In this document: positions 25,601-34,805 of the stretch, piece after piece
Position numbering within the stretch: position 1 is the first letter of the stretch
How the letters are laid out: each line of letters begins with the position of its first letter
Origin: Zancudomyces culisetae HAW-14-8
Lineage: Eukaryota; Fungi; Kickxellomycota
NCBI GenBank assembly: GCA_052426225.1
Contig: JBNJNM010000015.1
Coordinates: forward strand, 372,001 to 436,000
Reading direction: 5' to 3'
DNA: 64,000 bases
Notes under the pieces: generated by a model
What the model saw: only the letters and a program-made list of their open reading frames with translations
Database searches by the model: none
Told to the model about the DNA's origin: nothing
Position numbers and translations under genes: made by a program

Positions 25601-26176
25601 AGCGCCAGTATCAACTCCAACGAGAATTACCCACAAATGTACCAAAATGATCTGAGAGATTTATACTTTAAAACCAAAATATTATACAATTTTGTGACAC
25701 CTAGAGAGTTCGGAATATCGGGTCACCAAAAGCATGTAATTGGCATCAAGGGATCCAGGCTGTTATTGGAAAAGATCGTTAAGAATCTAGAGGTGATGTC
25801 GTTGTCAAAGGGCAAGTCACTGCGGCCATTTTCGAGATTTTTCTTTACAAAGGAGAGCCATTTGTATACGCTATTGAATCTTGTGTACGAGGCAAAGTTG
25901 ACAACGAATTACTTGATCCCTCAAAGCCAAATAAGCGAGCTGGATTACCTAACGCATTTGACGTTTGAGGTTTATGAGCGGAAAAACGAGTTTGGTTCAC
26001 CAAGAGTGTTTAGTCTAAGATTAGGGTTCAGTAATGGAGCAAACTGTGACAATCTGTTGGATATGCAGTTTGATTCTCGACATGTTCTAAAGGTCAACAA
26101 AAGAGTCAACTTTACGGACCATATTCCGCTAAATCATGCTTTGAATCTTTTTAATTCCTTATTGGCAGCCGATTGA
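22646..26176 (+). CDS. VIP1: Inositol hexakisphosphate / PP-IP5 kinase-phosphatase (Vip1/Asp1/PPIP5K)
   Basis: VGVCAMDQKARS, intron ~22800-22925, then [71 protein letters not shown] (ATP-grasp kinase). RHADRTPKQK, KWGGE and FFTKESHL mark the histidine phosphatase domain. The true start may lie further upstream. Confidence 0.96.
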
Positions 26177-28339
26177 ACTGTTTTTAGTGTTTTTTTGTAA
26201 AACAGCAGGTAGCCCATTCCTGACAGCACTGTTGTTATCCCAGTTAAATAGTGAAGATATACTATTCCTTCAACCTCTGATGGTGATATGTTGAATAGTG
26301 GACATAGTAACCCGCTGATTATTACTGCCATTTGCAATAGCGTGTTGATTTTACTTATCGCTGAGGGTGTTACCGAAACTGATGGTAGACTCATATCCCA
26401 GTATCTTTTGAAAGTTTTCTAGTTTTAGTATTTTTGTCATCAGTATCATTTTTGTATAGGGTTCTCTCTTTATCTATTAAATTATGAATGCTCGATAATA
26501 ATAGTTTTAGTGTGGTGCAATGTTTTGGTAAACTTACTGGCTCTGGCAATGTTTTATATCTAATTAAAAAGGCTGAAAGCACCAGACCTATATCTCTTCC
26601 GATTATCAAGATTGATAGTAGCTCTAGATATACATAAAAACGAAACTTATAGTTACAAAGTCTAAGTCTCTGCCACAATAATCGCAATGTGCAAATCATA
26701 ATTCTTTGACAAAAACTATATACATACTTGGCCCTAAAAACCCAACAACTAAAATTATATATATATATATATATAATACACATTTAAATTGCTACATACT
26801 TGGAATCAACCCTGAATATGTCAAACACAGGGTCAGTGTTACGACAAATATCTTGTCTGCTGCTGGATCTGCTATCGAGCCAAAGACCGACTTCATGTTA
26901 AACTTTCTGGCAATGTATCCGTCCAACTATTCGTAGCATTTAACAGTTAAATATTTATACGCCTTTTGGGAAATACAAATATAAAAAAAAGAGAAAAAAG
27001 AAGAAAAAAGAAAAACTTACGGCGTCTGTTATTCCAACCAAGACAGATCCAATTACTGCTTCCGTATACCTTCCCTGTACTATTAAATATCCCAGATACG
27101 GTGTGCCAATAATTCGAAGTATTGTTATTATGTTTGGTATTGTCAATATCTCTTCTCGGAGCTCGCTACCTAGCTCAATCTATTTGCATTCATTACTGGT
27201 ATGATGAGCACATATGATGGTTTTTTTCTATATATTTTTGACCATAGATACCTCGAATCCTTTAAACTGTATTACCTTTTTTGCCAATAACCGAAGTGTA
27301 GGTGCAGTATTCAGATAATCAATCTAATCGTATATTAATAAAGGTGTCACAAAGAAAAAAACGTATAGTTTAGTGAACCGCAGAATAATCCCATATCACT
27401 GCAGTTTTAAAGTCTATAAACTTGTAACCTACCTTAATACTTGCAAACTGTATCCTCGCTTTTTCAAATATCTATTTCACGTGATTTTTTAAATTTTAAT
27501 TGGAAAATTAGTAATATTCTATTCTATTATGGCAATTACAAAGAATACATAACCTAAGACTATATATATATCTTCATTCCGAAGAACGAAATTAGTAATA
27601 TACAATCCACATAAAAGAACGCTGTTCTCTTTTCAATTTTGTAATAATTTTTTTTATACAGACTAAAAGATATTTTTCTATTCGTCTTGATACTTACATT
27701 TGCAACTGTTTTCTCAGTCCCATTGACGCGCTTCTTATCACTTCCACTGATTTCACACTTTTCAGCTTGTCTAGGGATGTCTTTGGTGTAGTATTTACCG
27801 GTTGTAGTGCAAAAGCTATGTTTACAGATGCTGTAATACTTGTTTTTAGCAGTAATAGATATCCTCAACCCATAAAAGCAAGGTATACTTTTTAAAGTTC
27901 TTTTTCTAGCCAGATAGGAATTTGGTTCTGTACTCTTTGGGGTGGTTTTTAAAAGATGTGTAGGTGTATTTGTATAACGGCATTTTGGTATATTTACTGT
28001 TGTACATCCGCTAATAAAATATATTTATACGGTTCATTAGCTAAAGCAAGTTCAGTACAATAATAGTTAACATATAAAAACATGACTTTTGGTGAATGGC
28101 AATATTATCAGCACTAACCCAGCTTCAGTTAAGGAAAGACAGATACAAGTTAAGCAATTTTTGCTTTCGTTGCTTTTTTTTTTGCACCATTTTCCGAAGA
28201 GTCTTTTTACAACTGTTGTGTTGCGTAAAGATATAACATTTTGGAGCAAAAATAGTGAATAAAAAATACAAAAAGTACAAATTCAAAATTACCTTGGTAT
28301 ACCAGAACGACCTATTATTCTACTAAATATTAAACTCAT
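26134..28339 (-). CDS. CRD1: Cardiolipin synthase (CDP-alcohol phosphatidyltransferase), ~8 exons
   Basis: Core TIPNIITILRI...GITDA|LDGYIARKFNMKSVFGSIADPAADK...IIIGRD...YWDMSLPSVSVTPSAISKINTLLQ. The N-terminus was rebuilt in frame as MSLIFSRIIGRSGIPS (28339-28293), an exon at 28010-27698 and two small exons near 27474-27434 and 27323-27276. It resembles a mitochondrial presequence. The 5' exons are less certain than the core. Confidence 0.88.
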
Positions 28340-29970
28340 TGTTATTATTACCGTTGTCGCTGTTGTTGTTGTTGTTGATACTGTTGTTGATACTGTTTTT
28401 ATCTTTACTACTATTATCACTATTTCCGTCCACACTACTGGTATTGATATGTACTATGTACTTTATAATATTATTTCAGGTTTACGTCCAGAAGCTTGAG
28501 CATCGAATTTGTGTACGGTTCTTATACCCTAACTTACTTTGGAAGGGTGGATTTCGAACGTGAGTTTTAATGGTTTGGTTCTACGTCTAGTCTACTTCTC
28601 ATTCATTACCATTCTATTTGAATTGCTTTCAGGATCACTCTGTTTGCATGCTGAAAATTGCTTTAATAATCCGAAAAGTTTTCAAAAGAAGGAATCTTGG
28701 GCAATATTATCAGCTTTTTAATCGATTTGTTGGCTCTTTGATTTGTTGTGCATTGTAATAAAAAATAATGCTGATTTGTTGCTGTAAATATCCCCACTAG
28801 TATTAATTTTCTGTGCAATTTTTTATTCTTAGCATTTATGAAACGGTTAGCAACTGGACAAAGTGAATACAGTCCCTATTTTGCAAGGGGCTTTGATGTT
28901 ATTTGTGATAGAGTTCACACCATAAAGTCAAAGGTACAAGTATAACTGAGACTAGTTCTATTTATGGCTAGGATTGATGTTATAAAAATAAAGCCAGTCC
29001 ATGTTTTAACATGTAAACGTGTTTTCGTTAGTACAGAAGAGTCAATGAGTTTGATATTTATTGTGATCGGCTAAACAGTTGTATACACATCTACGTGATG
29101 GAAAATAAGAATAAAACAGGGCAAGATATCCATCAAGTGGTCGTTATAGTGGTGGATGGTATCCCAAACAAAAGTGGATTGCTGTAACCTTTTAACTTTT
29201 TTATTTGATCGAGGGATTCTCGTGAAATATAGTATATCTGGAAATAAGCAAACCAAGACAAGAGGCGCTTCCAACACACCATCCCGCTATCCATCTAGTC
29301 CATTTGCATATTTTTTTTTGTAACTTTTTATTGAAATGGCTGACAAAATTTAATCTGATTTTTAGAGAAAAAAAAAAGAGTACCAACGAAAATTAAATCC
29401 AATCTTAAACCCAAACTCAAACTCTAAACTTCACGCAAAATTCGAGCAACATAAAAAGTCAAAAAAAAAAAACAATAATAATAATAATAATTAATGAAAA
29501 ATACAAGCGACAAGGGTCAGAATGAAGAGGGTTGGAATTGAAAAAAAAATTTTTTTTCTTTAGCTTTTCTTTGTCAAGACAAAACTTTTTTTATTTCCGG
29601 CCAAACTGGGCAAATCAATGCAGAGAATTGAATTATTATTTTTGTGGTAAACAAAAGTGAAAATAAGAAAAGCGTTTTAATAATACAAAGTATTTTAACA
29701 ATACACAATCTCGATTGGGAGCAGTTTGCATATTTCACATAATAGGAGTATACAAACAGTCAAAAGTAGTAGATTGAGATTGCCCAGGTATAAACATCAA
29801 TATAGAATATACACTATTTTATATTATAGTATATTAATACGTACTGATTGATTTGGAAATTCTCAATTATTATCTAAGCGACAGCCAAGATTGTAAAGAA
29901 GATTACAAACACGACACAGAAAAAGCAGCAACAAAGTAAATCAAAAGATTAAACAAGCGAAACAGACAAA

Positions 29971-32757
29971 ATGGCACCACTTTTTCAAAGACCAGAGAAC
30001 GCTCTGAAAAGATCAGAGGAATTGCTTGCAGTTGGGCAGAGTGCAGCAGCACTGCAAACCCTGACAAATGCTCTGATGAACAAAAAAGCAGCAAGTTCGG
30101 GAACCGACGTAGTATGGACAGTGATTAAAAAGGTCATTGAGCTCGCGGTTGAACAAAGAAAAAGCACAGTTCTCCGTGAATCCCTGCAGCTGTTCAGAAA
30201 CATGACACAAAACACAAACATAGAGTTGATAGAAAAGGCAGTAGGATATACTTTGCAATTGGCGGAGGAGAAGGTAAAGCTGGCTCGAAAGACAGCCGAC
30301 AAGATAGCACTGGAGGCAATCGAAGATCTGGAAGAGATGGAAACACCAGAATCGATGTTGCTAAGTGTGGTAAGTGCTGAGCAAAGCAAAGACCGAACAG
30401 ACCGGGCAGTGGTTACACCATGGTTGAAATTCTTGTGGGAGAACTTCCGTAACATGGTAGATTTGCTGAAGAACAACTTGAAGTTGGAGAAGCTATACCA
30501 AGACATATCCAGACAGGCAATTCAGTTCTGTTTGGAGTACCAACGCAAGGCTGAGTACCAAAAGCTTAGTGAGATGTTGAGAACACATTTGCAATTTGCG
30601 GTTAAGGGACCACAGCAACAGCACAAGGTAAACTTGAATGATGCAGATACCATCCAGAGATTTATGGATACTAGATTTTATCAGTTGAAGGTAGCAACAG
30701 ATATGGAGTTGTGGCAAGAGTCATTCAAGGTGATTGAAGACATCCACAACCTGATTGTGCAAACACGCAGGACAGTGAAGGTTGCAGCACTAGCAGACTA
30801 CTACGACAAGCTTGCACGTGTAATGTACAAGGCAGACAACAAGTTGTTCTTTGCAGCAGCATGGCAATGCTACTATGAACTGATTAGAACACAGGCAAAG
30901 ACAGTTGGTGCGGAGGAGTTGCAACGGGCAGCAGACAATGCGCTTTTGAGTACACTTTCGGTGCCAATTGTAGCAGCCCAGCACGCACAGTCATCATTGA
31001 AGACAGCAGCATTCAATCGAACAAAGAAGCTTACATCATTGTTGCTTTTGCAGACACCACCAACCAGAGCATCATTGATCAAAAATCTGGAGCAGCTGAA
31101 TGTGTTGGAGAACGCACGTGCAGAGCTAAGACCGCTGTACTATTTGCTGGAGAAGCAGTTCCACCCATTGTCGATATGCAAGTCGCTTGCACCAATTCTG
31201 CGAGACCATGTGGTCCCACGTGCAGATGAGGCCAAGTACGTGCCATTGTTGCGCAGTGTGACACTGACAAAGCTTGTTCAGCAGTTGTCGCAGGTATACA
31301 GTACAGTGCGACTTGAGGTATTGTACAGCCTTGCAGCATTTGAGGAACCACTATCACTAACTCCAATTGAGGTAGAACAGTTTATAGTGATGGGCGCACA
31401 ACGCGGCGAGTTCCAGCTGCGTATTGATTATGAAAGCCGCACAGTAGTGTTCGATATCGATCCACTTGACTCGGCTCGTCCATCTGACCCATCAACCCAG
31501 CTCCAACCATCACCAGCAGAGCTTATGCGACTGCAGTTGCAGAACATTGCAACAACTTTGGCACGTGTACAGCATGTAGTGTGCCCTGAATACGTTGCAG
31601 CCATTGAGGCAGGTCATTCCGAAAGCGTCAAGCATGCCCGGGCAGTGGTTGAAGAAGAGCGATCCAGCGCAGCAGCACGCAAGGAGTACATTGAGTACAA
31701 GAAGAAGATGCTTGAAGCGTTGTTAGTGCGCAAGGAGAAGGAAGAGGCGCGTGAAAGACAGGCCAAACAACGCCGTGAAGAAGAAGAGGAGCGGATACGC
31801 AGTGCTGAGTTGGCCAGGCAGCGTGAGGAAGAACGCATCCGAAAGGATCGCGAAATGGTTCAGCGTGAGGAGGCCAAGCGCATTGCTGAGAGTCTCAAGT
31901 CGAAAGCCGGTCTTGGAATCGACATTGAAGAGCTGCAAAACCTCGACACTGCCAAATTGCTCCAGATTCAAGTCCAACACCTTGAAAAGGAAAAGTCTGA
32001 ATCTATTCTGCGCCTCAAAAACGCCTCTCGTTACATTGATCACCTCGAGCGTGCCTACAGAAAGGAAGAGCGTCCTTTACTCCGCGACGACTATGCCTCG
32101 CAGCAAGCCGCTGATCGTAAAAACCACGAACTTGCCTATACCTCTCTCCTCTCCTCCCAAAAAGAGAAACATATCACCGATCTTGCCACCAAATCTCGTC
32201 TATCTCGTGTCCTTGATGACTTTTCAGCTACAAAGAGTCTGTTGCTCTCCAAAAATGCCGATAAGCTGGCTGCTATAAAGGTCGAAAACCAAGCAAAACT
32301 TGAGGCTGCAAAGGCCCAAAGACTTGAAGCATACAGAGCCGCAAAGGCTAGAGCTGAGGCCAAGGCAAAAGCTGAGGCTGAAGCCCAAGCACTGGCTCAG
32401 GCCGAGGCCGAAGCTGAAGCTAGAGCAAGGGATGAAGCTAGAGCAAAGGCTGAGGCTGAAGCGCTGGCTAAGGCTGAAGCACTGGCTAAGGCTGAAGCCG
32501 AGGCTAAGTCTAGACCTAGCAAATACATTCCTCCAAGCCAACGTAAGGGCTTTGCTTCCCCAGCTGCTCCATCCCGCCCTGAATTTACCTCTGAGATTTC
32601 CCGTGCCCCCGCTTCTCCTGCAATCAACCCTCCTGCCCCCGGCCGCTATGTGCCTCCAAGCAAAAGAGCTGGTATTTCTTCGCCAAACCCCTCCTCGCCC
32701 TCTCTTTCTGGTTCCGCCTTTGGTAATAAATCATTTCCCAGCGCTTTTAAGAAGTAG
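29971..32757 (+). CDS. EIF3A: Translation initiation factor 3 subunit A
   Basis: MAP..RPENALKRSEELLAVGQ, DRTDRAVVTPWLKFLWE, ELWQESFKVIEDIH, FHPLSIC (PCI domain), a coiled-coil region and DHLERAYRKEE. Intronless. Confidence 0.98.
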   Translation: MAPLFQRPENALKRSEELLAVGQSAAALQTLTNALMNKKAASSGTDVVWTVIKKVIELAVEQRKSTVLRESLQLFRNMTQNTNIELIEKAVGYTLQLAEEKVKLARKTADKIALEAIEDLEEMETPESMLLSVVSAEQSKDRTDRAVVTPWLKFLWENFRNMVDLLKNNLKLEKLYQDISRQAIQFCLEYQRKAEYQKLSEMLRTHLQFAVKGPQQQHKVNLNDADTIQRFMDTRFYQLKVATDMELWQESFKVIEDIHNLIVQTRRTVKVAALADYYDKLARVMYKADNKLFFAAAWQCYYELIRTQAKTVGAEELQRAADNALLSTLSVPIVAAQHAQSSLKTAAFNRTKKLTSLLLLQTPPTRASLIKNLEQLNVLENARAELRPLYYLLEKQFHPLSICKSLAPILRDHVVPRADEAKYVPLLRSVTLTKLVQQLSQVYSTVRLEVLYSLAAFEEPLSLTPIEVEQFIVMGAQRGEFQLRIDYESRTVVFDIDPLDSARPSDPSTQLQPSPAELMRLQLQNIATTLARVQHVVCPEYVAAIEAGHSESVKHARAVVEEERSSAAARKEYIEYKKKMLEALLVRKEKEEARERQAKQRREEEEERIRSAELARQREEERIRKDREMVQREEAKRIAESLKSKAGLGIDIEELQNLDTAKLLQIQVQHLEKEKSESILRLKNASRYIDHLERAYRKEERPLLRDDYASQQAADRKNHELAYTSLLSSQKEKHITDLATKSRLSRVLDDFSATKSLLLSKNADKLAAIKVENQAKLEAAKAQRLEAYRAAKARAEAKAKAEAEAQALAQAEAEAEARARDEARAKAEAEALAKAEALAKAEAEAKSRPSKYIPPSQRKGFASPAAPSRPEFTSEISRAPASPAINPPAPGRYVPPSKRAGISSPNPSSPSLSGSAFGNKSFPSAFKK

Positions 32758-33121
32758 TTGACTTATTTTCTTTTCCATAACTCTGCTTTTTTTATGATCC
32801 AAGTTTCTTGTCCTTTTTTGGATCCTTTTTTTTAATTTCTTTTTCTTTTTACCTTTTACATTTATTATCCTTTTACTAGTTGAAATACAAAACATTTAAC
32901 GACCAACCCCTGTGTGTTCCCAATTTTTCTTTTTCTATAACAAAACTGTTCTGTGTTCGAATCTATTTCGATAGCCAGATTATAAAATAAACAATCGAGT
33001 CGATTCTGTTTTGTTCATCCACATTGCTTTATAAATTGACTCAATTTTCACATTCTTTCCTCAAGTTATAAATCAAATACCCTTTTACAACTCTCGACAA
33101 AAAGCTCGGCGCCAACTAGAA

Positions 33122-34487
33122 ATGGAATCGCGAGCAACAACACGAAATAAATCCGCTCTATACTCCGATCTTTCTCGCACCCTTGCCACGACTCTTTCAT
33201 CAACCTCCACAGCAGCTAATTCCAAAGTCCTCAAACAGCGTGAATTAAGGTACAATAAACTATCCAGCCTAAATAGCAATGTCAATAATAGCACCAGTAG
33301 TGGTATGAATGTTCTCGGTACTAGCAGAGTTACCACTACTGCGAATACGGATTTTGAAGCTGCTGTAATATGTCCGATTGCTGTATTCCAACAAACACCA
33401 TATTCTTCTTCCATTTCATCTGCTACTGTCAATATCAACACCAACACCAACACCAACACCACCTACACACACGCTACTAGCCTTTCAGCTTCTACAAAAA
33501 AGCCCAAAAATAGAGATTCACAGGATTTTGAGCTTGATTTTGACGCTATGGCAAATACAAAGAACATATTGTCTTCTAGGATGAAAAAGATACCAAAGGG
33601 TGTACAGGCTGTCTATATTGGAACTACTCTACAAGGTAAATTCTTTATTATACATGCTCAATATTGCTTTTTATTTTACTGATTTACTTGACCTTTTTTT
33701 TTCTCGAGACAGTGAGTGAGAGCTTATTTCACACCCGTATTTGTCTATATAGAGAAGATCAAACGAAAAAACACTAAAAAAACCAAAAAGTTGGTTTTTA
33801 CCAAAAAGTTCATTTATTCTTATTTGGATGAATATATCAATGTAAGTTCATGCTTTCAGTTTCTCTTTCTTTTTCTCGACTTGTTTTATAAAAATCAATG
33901 GTAGAACACCTTGTGTGTGCTGTATCACCCATTTCTTTAGATATATAACAGCAAAATAGTCAATGTTTGTATTATCTGTTCTTTATCATACTTTATCTCA
34001 CCACACACCCCCCCCCCCCCCTCTTCTACTCTGCCCTCTTATGAAATAGGACTTGACAAGTACTACTGGTCCGTCTACTACAACCACACCCCTTATAAAC
34101 TCGGCATCTCCATCCTCACAACAGCCGCAGGATTCTTCGTGTTTCCCTGTCACTCTGCTAACATGTACCCCTAAACCTTCCAAATACCCACCTCGTCATT
34201 CCTGTTGCATCTGTGGATTTGTTTTCAATTGTGCTGGATACTGTAACAGGTGTGGAAACCGGTACTGTTCTAAAGAATGCTACAAAATGCATATAGAAAC
34301 CAGGCAAGTCGGATCACTTTACCATCCTATACAACATTTGGTGGAATATTTCTTGAGTCCTATCTCTCTCTCTTCTTTTATTAAAGTGTCATATAAGACA
34401 CTGTCTTTTTAAACTTTTTTTTTTACTAACCGTATTAACCATCTTGGTGTTTTTATGCTTTGTAGATGCGTGAAGTTTTTGGTTTGA
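33122..34487 (+). CDS. VPS71: zf-HIT protein, SWR1 complex subunit Vps71/ZNHIT1, 4 exons
   Basis: Exons ~33122-33634, 33753-33841, 34050-34303, 34466-34487. KRKNTKKTKKLVFTKKFIYSYLDE and PPRHSCCICG..C.RCGNRYCSKECYKMHIETR|CVKFLV (HIT zinc finger). Confidence 0.85.
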
Positions 34488-34805
34488 TCAAGATATAGAC
34501 TCTCAGGCATCAAATCAAACCATGTCAACTTTTCCAGGAATTTAATCTACCCATTTATTCTGTGTATTTTTTTTATTCAATTTCAGCTTTAGCTTCATTT
34601 CATTATAACCATTTTTATCAATGTATATATGTTATAATAATCCAGTTTAACACGATTCACCCTATACAATATGTGTGCATGTATGTATGTTATTTTATTT
34701 TGGATATAAACGATTGATACTTGAACTGTAACCGAAAATAAGAGGTACTAGATACTCAAAAGAGCTATAAATGCACTCTGATTAAAATTAGAACACACCA
34801 TAACA

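Noticed and set aside
28340-28760. Asn-rich pseudo-coding stretch upstream of CRD1
   Set aside because: Stops in all frames; better explained as a CAA/AAT-repeat-rich leader or promoter.
29985-32761. Many antisense and alternate-frame ORFs over eIF3a
   Set aside because: These are shadows of a codon-biased, repeat-containing CDS; their translations are not protein-like.
33966-33990. U2 snRNA-like TATCTGTTCTT string
   Set aside because: Short match inside a VPS71 intron; the U2 5' end and GUAGUA element are missing.
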